64,000 nucleotides of DNA. It comes from the human T2T-CHM13v2.0 reference genome, Homo sapiens. The stretch lies in NCBI RefSeq assembly GCF_009914755.1, contig NC_060928.1; one strand, written 5' to 3'. A program made the position numbers and the translations under genes. Positions 1-16,549 of the stretch are shown here, one piece after another; position 1 is the stretch's first letter; each line of letters opens with the position of its first letter. The notes under the pieces are model-generated. The model saw only the letters and a program-made list of their open reading frames with translations, searched no databases and was not told where the DNA came from.

Positions 1-1588
<1,588 letters not shown>

Positions 1589-2256
1589 ATATAAGGAGTT
1601 TAAAATTGTATTAGTCTTGTTCAGCCTTCAGAAGAAATGCTAGGCCTCTGACCAACAAATGACCCTATGTGGGCTACAGCCTACATGGAGATTAAACACC
1701 CACCAGTCCTGAAAAACTTCAGATAAGAAAGGGAGTATACCGTGGAACTTCTCAAACCTAGGGAATCTGGGCAATTCTCTAGGTTTCATACCATCCGAAG
1801 ACACACAAAGTAAAAAATTAAGCATTATGAATTAAACCTTTAGAGCTGCATATTTGCACGTAGCTGATAATTTCAGTTAGCGGCTTGGCAACATAAACTG
1901 GGACCCTCTGATTGCTCTCTGAAGTCTCGCCTGTGGAGTAAGCACACATTGCCTGGAACTCATTTCAGTTGGAACTCCAGATGGCTGTTCTAGGACTTCC
2001 CGACACTGCTTAATCTGAATGTAGGTATTTTCCTCAACTTGGTGAATGTGTGTGTGTGTATTTTCCTTTTCTCTCACTTTAGTCTTTGCTAAGTTAACCA
2101 TTATACTCTTTTTTTTTTTCTTTTGAGACAGGGTCTTACTCTGTCACCCAAGCTGGAGTGCAGTGGCTCACTGCAATTTCTGCCTCCTTGCACTGCTCAC
2201 TGCAACTTCTGCCTCCTGAGCTTAGGCGATTCTCCCACCTCAAGCCTCTGGAGTAG

Positions 2257-2600
<344 letters not shown>

Positions 2601-3376
2601 GGTACACTAATTTTTGTATTTTTAGTAGAGACAGAATTTTGCCATGTTGGCCAGGCTGTATTCGAACTCCTGAGCTCAAGCAGTCCGCCCACCTCAGCCT
2701 CCCAAAGTGCTGGGATTGCTGGAATTACAGGCATGAGCCACCAGTATACTCTTTTGCTATGCTAATCATTAAACTTTTCTTTGAACTGCATTTAAGTGTA
2801 ATATTGTGGTTTCTTTTGCTTGCAAATCCTCAAACCCAAACTGAAAGTAAAACTTTCAGCAAAACACTAGGCTGGTCTTGAACTCCTGGCCTCAAGCTGT
2901 CCTTCCTTGGTCTCTGAAAGCACTGGCATCACAGGCATGAGGCACCGTGCCTGGCTCATTCGATCTTTTTGAACAAACCTATGTTGGAGTTTTTTGACCT
3001 GCTCCAGTCTGTATTGTTGGTATTATATAGTCCTGCACCATAGCTGTCATATTTGGAATATCTTTTAGCCTTCATCCATGGGATTCCCCTTACATAGTTC
3101 TTGGGTTGGATTTCCTGTTTCTTTGATCTCATGTCTTGGTTTACTTTTGTATTTTGGTGAGGCAGACCTTCTAAAACTCTAGAAGCAGTAAGAGGAATGT
3201 AAGTATTTTAAGACCTTATATATCTGAACATACCCTCATACTTGATTGGCATTATGTCAGAGGAGTATAGAGTTCTAGGGTAGAAATAATTTTCCTACAG
3301 AATTTTGTTTTAATTTGTCTGGGATCGAAGTTCCATTTGCTATTCAGAAGTCTAAATGGGTTTCTTTTTTTTTTAA

Positions 3377-3604
<228 letters not shown>

Positions 3605-3941
3605 TGATCCTCCTGCCTCAACTTCCCAAAGTGCTGGGATTACAGGCGTGAGCCACCTTGCCCGTTCTCTAATACTTTTTTATTGGTTTTTTGATTTCTG
3701 ATCTTTTATATGGGACTTCTTTTTTTTTTCTGAATTATTTTAAGGTCTTATCTTTGTAACTTTTCCTAAATTCATAATGGCATCCTCTGGCGTGGATCTA
3801 TTTTCATGCACTGTTGTGGGTTCTCTTTTAGTCTAAAAGAGCATTTTCAATTCTAGGAAAATATCCTGATTTATTGATAAAACACTTTATCTTTCTGAAT
3901 TTTCTATATCTTGGATATTAGGCTTCTTGACTGGTCCTTAA

Positions 3942-4202
<261 letters not shown>

Positions 4203-4760
4203 TGACCTCAGGCCGTCTGCCTGGCTTGGCCTCCCAAGGTGCTGAGATTACAGGCGTGAGCCACCGTGCCCGGCCCATCTCTTTGTTTTTGTACTTTATG
4301 TTTTAGGAGATTACGTCAGTTTTATTTTCTATTCCTTGTATTTTTAATTTCTGCAATCATTTTTTAAAAAATTTCTAGAGTCCTATTTAATTTCTTCTTT
4401 TTTTAATGTGGTGTTCTGTTCTCAGTTCATGAAGCATTCTTTTTTTCCTATCGCTAAAGATTTTTATTGATAGTTTTTGGGCTTTTTTGAACATTTAGTT
4501 TGTCCTCCAAGTTACTTTTTTCGATTTTGGTGTCGTCTCTCATGTTAGAAGCTTCCTTCCAGTGTCTGGTAACTCTTTTGCTTTCTGCTTTTATTTATAA
4601 GTAGGGCAATTAAAAAGCTAATTGGATTTCTGTGTGCATGAGTGTGGAGGGTTTATCAACTGTGGGCTTTGCTGAAGGATGATATAGCTAGGTTATTTCC
4701 TTGAAGAACTCCTGGTATGATTATCTTTTCAGGTCCTTATACATGGTGTGGTCAGATTTG

Positions 4761-4799
4761 CCGCCCCCGCCCCCCCCCCCCCCAAAAAAAAAAAAAAAA
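4761..4799. repeat. C14 run abutting an A16 run
   Basis: ccgcccccg C14 A16 read directly. Confidence 0.95.
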
Positions 4800-5165
4800 G
4801 AGCTTTTCAGTCTTTGTTTGGAGGTTATTATCTCTGGTTGCAAGGTTTCTGGTTAGGGGAATAGGCTAGGGGTCTCGACATGATTATTCAGATTCACTTT
4901 ATCTCCATGTGTTAAGTATGGTAAACTTGCCTGCAACTATACCTGTGTCTCTTAAGCCAGAGACCTTCTGTTTTGCCCTCTCCATAGAATAAACCTTTAG
5001 CTTTCAGTTTTTCCTCAGGGTTGGGGTGGTACAGAAGCCCACTGTGTAGATTGTTTAGGGGTTCTGGAGGTATAACTGCTTTTTAAACAGAGTGGTAAAA
5101 ATCCTGTTGTATTTTTACTTGCACCTCCAGAGTATTCTACATCTAGAGGCGTCACTAATTCCTAA

Positions 5166-5468
<303 letters not shown>

Positions 5469-6050
5469 TGAGAGCTGCTGAACAGTCAAAGTTGGAAAAA
5501 GGAAATATCAAATTTGTTGAAAAAAGATTTTAAGAATATCTACTAATACACTGCAGTGATTCAACACAATAACACAATTTCCTTTCACTTAGACACAACA
5601 CAATTGCAAATGCTTAACAGAACAATAAAATGGTTTAGTACTTACAAGAAAACTATTGAAGATGTTGGGCTGAAAACATACACTAGCCTCCACTTCCTAC
5701 TCAAAGTCACAATAAAGTGAAGTTTTTTAAATCATAATCTCATAGAAATAAAAAGAATGAAAGAGAAAACAACTAAATTTTGGAAATTATAAAGTAGATG
5801 AATAACTGATTTAATGTCCCTAAGAAAACCCAATCCTAGTCTGGGTGCAGTAGTTCACACCTGTAATCTCACACCCGTAATCACAGGCCAAGGTGGGCGG
5901 ATCACCTGAGGTCAGGAGTTCAAGACCAGCCTGGCCAACGTGGCAAAACCCCATCTCTACTAAAAATACAAAATTATCCAGGCATGGTGGCGCACACCTG
6001 CAATCCCAGCTACTCAAGAGGCTGAGGCTGGGAGGATCTCTTGAATGTGG

Positions 6051-6786
6051 TGAAACGGGAAAGGTTCCCTTGTCCCCCTTAAAGGGTGTGCGGTGGGGGG
6101 TGTGGCTCGCTTCTTTGGTGTCCTGCTGCTCAAACCTCTACAGGGAGTGTGCAGTGCTGAAGCCCCAGTGGGCGTGTGTTACCCGGTGCTCTTTTAGTTT
6201 ACCCATCAGCTCATTGAGACCTCTTGCCTAACAAGGACAGAGAGTTTTTTGTATCCCGGAGTTCTTGCCTTGGTGTACAGAAGAATTGGATCACAGGTGG
6301 ACTTGGAGAAAGAATGCAAGGTTTTATTGAGCGGAAGTAGCTCTCAGAAGATGGAGGAGCCAGGGGGAGATGATTTTCCCCTGGAGTCTGGCCACTGTGT
6401 GGCCCAGTGTCTCCTCCGACTGCCCTAGCCCGTCTCTGCATCTTTCCGTTGGTTTATGGCCTGCCCAGTGCCAGCATCTGTTGGTTTGCTGTCCTGCCGG
6501 TGTGCTCCACTCGATGTCCTCTTGACCTCCAGCCGCTTTTGTCTTCTTCCGCTGATGTGTTCCTCTCCACGTCCAGCCGCTTGTGTCTCTCCTGTTAGGG
6601 TCTCGGGGGTTTTTATAGGCACAGGATGGGGCCATGGTGGGCCAGGGTGGTCTTGAGAAATGCAGCATTTGGGCATAAAGGCAGGAGTGCCTGTCCTCAC
6701 CTAGGTCCATGGGCACAGGCCCAGCCCTCTCCAGAGACCCACCTTCCTCTGTCTACCCAGCACTTTTCTGCCTCCCTTCTATACCA
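6051..6786 (-). mobile_element. ERV1 solo LTR (LTR9-like) splitting an AluS (5840-6880, +)
   Basis: TG...CA termini. The Alu right arm stops at 6050 and resumes at 6787. On the minus strand: TATAAAAA (6610-6617) and AATAAA (6323-6328). Subfamily assigned from recalled consensus. Confidence 0.8.
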
Positions 6787-7117
6787 CTAGGAGGTGGAGG
6801 TTGCAGTGAGCTAAGATCGCACCACTGCACTCTAGCCTGGGTGAGAGCAGAGCGAGACCCCATGTCAGAAAACAACACAAACCACCAAATTTGAACTGCA
6901 AGGAATATCTGTTATGTGTTTTCCTAGCTTCCCACAGTGCTTAACATGGTGGTGACTTGCCCGTATTAGGTATCCTAGAGGATTAAAGATGAATCTCTGT
7001 CCATGTATCAACATTGTTATCAGTTAAATGTCTCTAAAATCTGATTCCGAATGGATGAACAATTTTCCTTTCGTTTTTGTTTTCAGGTTAATAATAAAAA
7101 TAATATTAGGGCATTAA

Positions 7118-7426
<309 letters not shown>

Positions 7427-8137
7427 TAATTGGTCTTTTAATGTATCTCAGCTTTGAATTTAGGATTTGATTAACCAAATTTAACTGTAGTATTTTGTCT
7501 TACTATGACTGCAGAAGTAGACAACTCTTGCCACATGTACATTGTCTGATTTTCTCTTTATTTGTATCTGGCTATCATATCTCTCTTGGCTACTTTGGCT
7601 CTTTTTTTTTTTTTTTCTTTTCTATGCCATACACACACAGTAGTAGTGGCTGTTTCTTAACAGGTTGATTTGAATTTCCAGGTGCCCCTTTAGACATGAA
7701 ATATGTTCTCAGTACTATACTCTAATTTCTGCTTACTTCTTTGTCACTTTTATCTGCTGCAACTTAAGAAATTTGTTTTATTTTATTTATTTATTTTTTT
7801 GAGACGGAGTCTCGCTCTGTTGCCCAGGCTGGAGTGCAATGTGGTGATCTCGGCTCACTGAAAGCTCCGCCTCCTGGGTTCACGCCATTCTCCTGCCTCA
7901 GCCTCCCAAGTAGCTGGGACTATAGGTGCCCGTTACCACGCCCGCCTAATTTTTTGTATTTTTGGTAGAGACGGGGTTTCACTGTGTTGGCCAGGATGGT
8001 CTCGATCTCCTGACCTTGTGATCCGCCCGTCTCGGCCTCCCAAAGTGCTGGGATTACAGGTGTGAGCCACCGTGCCCAGTCAAGAAATTTCTTCCTTCTT
8101 TCCCTTACTCTGTTCCATCCTTCCTTGTGACATTTCT

Positions 8138-8189
8138 CTTTGGTATCTTTCTTTTCAGAGAAACTTTGGTATCTTTCTTTTCAGAGAAA
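8138..8189. repeat. Perfect 26-bp tandem duplication
   Basis: ctttggtatctttcttttcagagaaa x2. Confidence 0.95.
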
Positions 8190-10972
8190 ATTAACATTCG
8201 AACATTCAAATGCTAATTTAATCTTTTAAAGTAAAGCTAATTACTGAGATCACATGCTTGGTATTTTTAATTTTATCATTATGGTAAAACTGGACCGAGA
8301 TACTTCAATATCTGTCAGAAGAACAGATGATTTGATGGTAACCCTGTATAAGAATTTTGTTTCTAAATTTCTTAAACCTCTTGATTAGAATGTTTTAATA
8401 GTTGTGAAAGGCTTTAGTAAGTTTTATAATTTAATATTATTATCAATCTTAGCTAATATTTCAGATTATTCAGATTATGCATCAGAAGTATGCTTTGGCA
8501 ACTCTCATTTAAATCCTCAATGTCTTTGACCTTAATTACACATTGGTTAAAATTGACCTCCAAACCAGGAATGATTCTTATTTTATTAAAAACGAAAAAT
8601 CCTAAGAAGCAAACACTCAAATCAGCTGCATTTGAAGTTAGATTTATAGGAGAAAATAGTTTATAACTTTTGTGTACATATTACCAATATCTTCTAGTGG
8701 TAATATTAAAGTGGTCTATTAAAGTGGAATTGCCATTTAATATTCTAGTGGTCTATTAAATATTTAATATTTAATATTTAATATTCTAGTGGTCTATTAA
8801 AGTGGAATTGCCATTTAATAAGTAAAGTTATTTCCTAGTACACTTTATCAGTTTTTATAGGCATTAGCATGGATTTCTTTATTTTTTTAAGAATGAATTT
8901 AATGCATTGAATTTCTCATAAATGCCATGGTTTTGAACTTTAACATAAATTATTTTATAAATATGATTAAAGCTTTCTGCTAGTCACTGTTTAATAGAAA
9001 AAGAATAAACCTAAACTGTAGTTTTTAATTGAAATAAAACTTGTACCTATCCTGAATGTATGTGTGTTTTATCTAAAAGATATGTCTATAGGATTAGAAA
9101 TTAAATGTGAAGCTCATAGACATTTAAAGAGAAACTGATGTTTTTATGATAACCTCAGGGAAAAGATACAGACTAGGGCAGGATTTCTGTATCTGGGTTT
9201 ATGAACAGGTTTTAGCCCCTCCCTGAATTCCTGTATGCAAAATATTGTGTTTTTTGTCTGTAGAGAGAAGGTTCATATTGTCGGATTATGAAAGACTCAA
9301 AGAACTGGAGGCAAAGAAGTAAGCAAAGAAAAAATTATTATATGAATGTTTAAGAGCATTGTGGCAGTATTTCCCTTTAATGTAGCTCAGAAATATATCT
9401 CAGTGGGTTCGGGGAGTTCATTGCTAAGTTATTTTTATTTTATCGAGATATGATTTACAAAACATGAAGTGCTCAGAACTTAAGTGTATAGTTAAAAGAG
9501 TGTATGCTTTTTGTAAACCACACTGCTTTTAAAACCTGAAACATTTCTGTCACCCTAGAAAGTACTTTACCTTTTAAAAATAAAACCATAGGGTCATTTC
9601 TGATGGTTTTTTTGACATAATATTGTATAAGCATACATTCTCATTTCACATAGTTCTAGAGATTCCATTAGCTAAATGGGGTGGTTCAGCTTTTATGGAA
9701 GAGGAACAAGTAGTTTACTAGTTCTGCTTTTTGCACTTGGTGCTAGTTTTGCCCATTGAACAGCACAGCTGTTATAACTGTGATGATCTTTGAGGTGAGC
9801 AAAGAACTGGGATGACATCCAGTATCTCAACACCTGGATCTTTAGCAAGATTAGCTCACATCATTTCTTATAGTTAATCATGTTTTCCACTTACCCCACA
9901 ATGATGAATAATCATCTGACATAAAATAGTGAAAGAGCTTTGATAAACTTTTCTAAAGACAGTAGTTCAAGGTATAGTAACTTTTTAAAAAAAATCAACA
10001 ATCATTGATCATTTACTGCATTAGAAGGTAGCTTCTGAAAAAATACCCAAGTGAATAAGACATATGGGACCTGCTTCTAAATTGTCCATGGTAATAGAAG
10101 AGACAGGAGTTAACGCACACTTCTCATAGCTTGGTAAATATAGTAGTAGAAGACTATACGTGTACCTAAATGGGTTTATATATTGGTAAATTAGAGAATC
10201 AGTTATATCAAGCTATAACTTCTGATTTTCCTTCTGTAAGTAGCATTAATAAGCCTTCAAGTGGGTAGAGATCTAGATTTTTGGAGAAAATCTTTTTCAA
10301 TCAAAATAAAAAAAAACAAAACATTTCCCTTTTTGAGAAAATGAAAAAATATATAAATACAAAATTTGATGTCAAAATGAATATTTAGAATGAAAAAACA
10401 CAGATCACAATTTTAATAACACAAGGTTAGTTAACATCACAAACTATAGAAAAATAACATTTTTATGGCAACTGCTAGATATCTGTAATACTTTTTTTTT
10501 TTGAGACGGAGTCTTGCTCTGTCACCTAGTTGCAATCTTGGCTCATTTCAACCTCCACCTTTCAGGTTCAAGTGATTCTCCTGCCCTAGCCTCCTGAGTA
10601 GCTAGGATTATAGGCACATGCCACCATGCCCGGCTAATTTTTGTATTTTTAGTGAAGACTGGGTTTCACCATGCTGGCCAGGCTGGTCTCAAACTCCTGA
10701 CCTCAGGTGATCCTCGCGCCTTGGCCTCCCAAAGTGCTGGGTTTATAGGCGTGAGCCGCTGCACCCGGCCTCTAATACTTTTTTATTTAGATTTTTTTGA
10801 CTGTATACTTTTTGACCACTTCTTCATATGTCAACAGTGTACTTTTTTCTCTACCATGACTGATCAAATTGTGTTTATTATTGATAGTTTAGAAAAGTTT
10901 GAGATTGACAACTCGTTTTATTGGTAGTGTCTGTAATATTTTAAGATTGTTGTCAAATTTGGGGCAGCTCCT

Positions 10973-11397
10973 TCTGTTAGGCTGTTCTTGCATTGCTATA
11001 AGGAAATACCTGAGACTGGGTAATTTATAAGAAAAGAGGTTTAATTGGCTCAGTTTCTGCAGGCTGTACAGGAAGCATCGTGGCATCAGCTTCTGGGGAG
11101 GCCTCAGGAAGCTTACAATCATGGCAGAAGGCAAAAGGGAGAGCAGGTACGTCACATGGCAAAAGTAGGAGCAAGACAGTATGAGACAGAGGAAGTAGAG
11201 AGGAGAGAGAGAAAGGGGGAGAGTAGGGGATGAGATGCCACAGACTTTTAAATGACCAGATCTCGAGAACTCATTCACTATCACATAGACATCACCAAGC
11301 CATGAAGGACCCACCCCCATGATCCAAACACCTACCAGCATTGGGGATTACAATTCAACATGAGATTTGGGTGGGGACAAATATCCAAACTGTCTCA
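10973..11397 (-). mobile_element. MaLR solo LTR (MSTA-like)
   Basis: Typical MST sequence (ttgcattgctataaggaaatacctgagactgggtaatttataagaaaagaggtttaattggctca ... acatgagatttgggtggggacaaatatccaaac). Confidence 0.85.
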
Positions 11398-13077
11398 CCC
11401 TTGGTTTTATATGAATTGCAGTGTTTTTACATACTTCTGTGCCAATACCATATGGAGCTCATATCTAGATGTCCCTGGTCCTCTGCCTTAGTGTTAATGA
11501 TACCAGATAAGGCAGTGCATTGGGTGGTAGGAATATTCCTGGATGTCATTCTTGTACCCAGACTAGCAATTATCTAGTCATACATAGATGTGATTGCACA
11601 CTACATATATCCTATGAAACCTAAGTATATATAAATACCCAACTCAGCTTCCCCTTAGTTCAGTGCCCAGAATATCAGATTACCAAAGGAGGAAGTATGA
11701 TGGAGAGGGAGTCAGAAACAGAAGTTAGAAGTCAGAACAGAAGTCTTTAACCAATTGTAGTTGGATTGCTTTCGTGATTTTTGTTAGGGCCCTTTCCAAG
11801 GCCCTGAATTTTAAACTGTCATGGTAAATTCTATAGCCTCGTACTGTAATTTTGTGCTTGGATTTTGTTTGTTCAGTTGTGCTACTGAAATGTTAGTTAA
11901 AATACAAGATGCATATTATTCTGCATGCATACTCTGTACTATGCTACTTGAACCTATCATGATTAGGCCTATTTGTATAAGCTGAAGATATAAATTTTGA
12001 CAAATGTCTAAAGTATTTGCTGTACTTTCAAATTTTTGTCTTGGAATTCTTTGTCAGTTAGCTCAACAAATACTGAAGCTCTATTCTGACCTAGGCCTTG
12101 TGATAGGTTCTGGAGATGCAGTGATGCCTTAGAAACATTTCTTATTTTTGAGAAACTCATGGTGCTGTGTAAAATAAACAATGATAGTATCCTGTCTGAA
12201 CACAGAGAAGGCATCCTTAACCCGTCTTAGGATATCAGGGAAGCTTCCTGAGGAAAATTACCCCTGCACTGATTATCTAGGGATGACTAGACATTATTTG
12301 GTGAATAAAGAAAGTGCAGTTAAAATTGTATGAGATAAGGAGAAGTAGGCGCTACCTGATTTTAACTTTTTGTGGTGCTTTTTTTTTTTCCTATCGGGCT
12401 GGCTTCTGTATTATAAGAGTTTAATTTCAAAGCATTAAGACTACACAACTTCTGTGTCACTGATTGCATTGAATGTCTTTTGCAGGCAAATGCTTTGGCT
12501 AAGCTGGTTTTTGTTTGTTCTTTTTTTTTTTTTTTTTTTTTGGCCAAAGTTTAAGTAGGGCAGGACTATAAAGGGGCCTAATATTGAAAATGAAATTTTG
12601 GTGTTAGGACTAGGAAATATTCCTCAATGTTACTTCTCTTGCACAGTTGGAATCCTTTAGATTTGTCATAGTGAATCAAATAAAGATGACAGATTGATCC
12701 TTTTCTTTAATATTGGTAACAATGGCTCCTCGCAATAAGAATAAGATTTTTCTTCAACATCATTATTTGAGATAATAAACATTTATTACGCATTCCGTTA
12801 TGTTTCAGCTTCTGTGTTAGGTATTGGGAATGCAAAGGTATCTAAGAGAAGACTCATATCCCTCGTAACCCACGATCTAGTGAAAGAGAGGGAGAGGGAA
12901 AAAGAAATATAAACAAATAAGCAGGAGGAGGTCATATTTTAAGCTGACCCTTCATGGGTTAGTATGGCAAGGGGATAAAGTCAGAAAGGGTATTTTATTT
13001 ATACGCATGTAAGTGCATGTAAATATGCATATATATAGTCATTTGTTATTGAACATTTGAAAAATGCTAGTTCCTAT

Positions 13078-13383
13078 TGTAAACCAAAAACTGACTGAGG
13101 CAGATCTCAATCAATTAGTGGTTTATTTTGCCAAGGTTGAGGATATGCTTGGGAAAAAGAAACACAAGTCACAGTAGGATCTGTGACCTGTGCTTTTTCC
13201 AAAGAGGGTTTTGGGAACTTCAATATTTAAAGGGGAAAGATGAAACAGAAGGGGAAGGAAAAAAAAGGAGGGAGGGTAGGCAGTGAGGCAAGTGGTTACA
13301 TTCTTGTGAGGCTCTGATTAGCCAGCCAACTTTCTCTTAAGCCTAGTGAGTTTGGGGTTCCAAGATTATATTTTTCTTTCACA
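13078..13383 (-). mobile_element. ERV1 solo LTR, MER4A-like, internally deleted
   Basis: TG...CA ends with near-TSD ctat/ttat. The minus strand starts TGTGAAAGAAAAATATAATCTTGGAACCCCAAACTCACTAGGC. Confidence 0.7.
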
Positions 13384-13924
13384 TTATATTGAGCGTTTGC
13401 TCTGTGATTGCTGCCTCAAAACTAGGGTGCTTCAAATGTAATTTACTCATCTATCATAACAGTCCTTCAAAACTGGTGATGTCGTTTGCAGTTTTTTCAT
13501 TTTAAACTTAGGGAAGTTCTTATCCAGTAAGTTAGAAAGACAGGATCTGAAACTGGCCGTGAAATATCAGACAAATTACACAATTTCCCTAAGCTTAAAA
13601 CTAAAAAATTGGGGATGATATCACCAGTTTTGCAGGAGTCCCTGACAAGTGAGTCGTAGACTCTGAAAAGGCAGGATCAAGACACTGGGTCTTCTTATTG
13701 TTGATTTTTGTTTTTCTTTTTAGAATCAGGGTCTCACTCTGTCACTCAGGTTGGAGTGCAGTTGCATGATCACAGCCTACTACAGCCTTGAACTCCTGGG
13801 CTCAGGTGATTCTCCCACCTCAGCCTCCTGAGTAGCTAGGACTACAGACATCACATCCCTGGCTAGTTGGCTAGGTTTTTTTCCCCCCCGCCAGAGATGG
13901 AGTCTTACTATGTTGCTCAGGCTC

Positions 13925-14830
13925 TTATTGTTGAATTTTAACAGCTCTTTGTATATTTTGGATATAAGTCCTTAACTATGTATGTGATCGGCAAAGATTT
14001 GCTGCTAGTCGGTGGCTTGATATTTGACCTTCTTTACAGTGTCTTTCATAGAGCAGAATTTTATTTATTTATTTATTTTGAAGCAGGGTCTCACTCTGTT
14101 GCCCAGGCTGGAGTGCAGTGGCACAATCTTGGCTCACTGCAGCCTCAACACCCCTAGGCTCCTGCCTCAGCCTCCTGAGTAGCTGGGGCAGCAGGTGTGT
14201 GCCACCACACCCAGATAATTTTTTGTAGAGATAGGGTTTCAACATATTGCCCAGGCTGGTCTTGAACTTCTGAGATGAAGTGATCTGCCTACCTTGGCCT
14301 CCCAGAATGCTGGGATTACTGCCGTGCACCACTGTACCCAGCCACAGAGAAGAATTTTAAACTTTAATGAAGTCTAATTTATCAGTATTTTCTTTCATAA
14401 GATGCTTTTTTATATCTAGAAACTCATCACCAAATTCAAGGTCACATAGATTTTCTTCTATGTTTTCTTCTAGAAGTTTTATAGTATTGTGTTGTAGTTT
14501 TAGGTCTATCATCTAATTCATGTTAAGTTTTGTGAAAGGTGCAAGATCTGTGTCTAGATTTATGTTTTTGCCTCTGGATGTCCCAGTGTCCCAAGTAGTA
14601 GAGAACTACCACTTGTTGAAAAGATCATCCTTTCCCCATTGAATTGCCTTTCCTCTTTTGTCAGTATCAGTTGACTCTATTTGTATGGTCCACTGTTCAC
14701 TTTTATAATGACAATTATATTTTTCTTTGTGCCTTAAAAAATGCTTAATTGAGACGTAGTCACATACCTTACAAATCGCCCGTTTAGAGTGCACTGTTTA
14801 ATACAGTTTTTTAGTAACCATCTCCACAGT
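13925..14830 (-). mobile_element. Old L1 (L1M) ORF2/3' fragment with an inserted Alu (14060-14343)
   Basis: ttttctcctatgtt-type and ttgttgaaaagatcatcctttccccattgaattgcc L1 ORF2 antisense motifs. Confidence 0.7.
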
Positions 14831-16549
14831 CAATTATATTAAAAAGTCAACTTTTTAATCTTACCAGAATTCTTTAATTTTTCAGTTCCCCTCACTGTGG
14901 TTAATATCTCTCGACTTGACACCACTTGCTTAAGGAGAACTTCAGCTTCTCCATCCTTCCCTAATTGTTTCTTTTCATAATTGCCTGTTTTTTGAATATA
15001 ATAGTGTCTCTGTTATTTCTAAAGATACTGATTATATTTAGTATGTTCTTCTTGGTTTTTGTTAGCATTAGATATATTGTTGAGTAGTTCTTTCATGGTG
15101 TTGGTTTTCCTGGAATATTTAGTGATTTGGGATTGTCTGCTCAACTTGAGTGTTTGAGGATATTGGTTTGCTTCTTGGTGAATATACTGATTATGGGAGC
15201 ATACCTCTGGTGACAGGAAGGAGTAGGAACTGCTGCCTAATGTATAGAGGTATGCCAGTAAGTTCTCTTTTGACTGCCAAGTTCCCCTGCCTGCTGGGGT
15301 GGTGGTTAAAATCCCTCCCTCCACCATGCTCTGAGCTTCAGCTTAGGCTGTGCTTGCCTACTTCTCAGAAAAAGGCCACTCAGAAGGGTATTGGGATTCA
15401 CTTGTGCAAAGATCCTGGGTCAAGTTCGCCTATAATCTTCTGGAGATCCCCTCAGGGTCCTCTCCCGTAGTCTAGATTCTGAGTTTGGAGCACAGCAGAA
15501 TCACTCTTACCTTCATAGAGACCTCTACTGGGCATATCTATGCTAGGTTTTCTCAGACTTCTCAGTCACTATGTCTCATTAACTTTTTAATCTTATAAGA
15601 ATTCCTCGATTTCTGAACTGCGGATAGCAGATAGTGTTCTTTCTTTTTTTCCAGCCGAGTTAAGGATTTCTTACTCACTTAATGGTAACAATAGTAGCAA
15701 TACCACCTGCCACTAATAATAGTGATTTAAAAGGGATTATAGGCAGAAATGTAAGTAGATATGTCTGTTCAGACTGCTGTCTGTCTTGAAACAAGGTTAT
15801 CTTTTCAATACTCATAGCTTTTAGCCTTTAGCTTTTAGTCTTATTATTTCTAGAACACATTCTATTTTGACAGCTTCTAACATTTTTTGCAGATGCATGT
15901 CTGCCTTTCTGAAAGCGTGGATGAAAGCCAAATGGCAACATTTGGGGGAAATTGGTGTAGGGTGGAATTTTACTTTTTCTTACTGGCAGAGTATGTGCTA
16001 AGTATTCATATAAATTAGAGATGGTATAGGAGGGGAATTAGGTGGTTTGAAGATTAAGATGTATCTATTCCCAGCACTTTGGGTGGTGGGGATGGGGGGA
16101 TCACTTGAGCCCAGGAGTTTGAGACTAGCCAGGGCAACAAAGTGAGACTTCCTCTCTATAAAAAAATACAACAACAAAATAATTAGCTGGACATGGTGGC
16201 GTGAACCTGTGGTCCCAACTACTTGGGAGGCCGAGGTGGAAGGCTAAGGTAGAAAGATCGTTTGAGCTCAGGAAGTTGAGGCTGCAGTGAGCTGTGTTTG
16301 TGTCACTGCACTCCAGCCTAGGGGACAGAGTGAACCCTGTCTTCAAAAAAATACATAAATAAAATTACAAAGGGGTGGAGACAAGGGTAAGGAAAAAAGA
16401 ATGTTTTAAAAATAAGAAAAAAAAGGTGCCTATTAATAACTCTCTTGGTATAAATTAGCCTTGTGTTGTTCGTGAATGACTTGATTAAAATGTGGTGAAA
16501 AAGGGAGAAAATTATTAGAAATAATTGGGTAGAAGCTAAAGGTAAAGCA

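Noticed and set aside
6211-6716. Overlapping ORFs of 63-130 aa
   Set aside because: They lie inside a solo LTR and have no gag/pol/env features.
8678-8820. CRISPR-like repeat array
   Set aside because: Eukaryotic intron, overlapping self-copies without unique spacers, and no cas genes.
9780-9920. Box C-like RTGATGA (9780, 9901) and CTGA (9916) suggesting an intronic C/D snoRNA
   Set aside because: No convincing terminal stem or recognisable guide, and it is far from a branch point.
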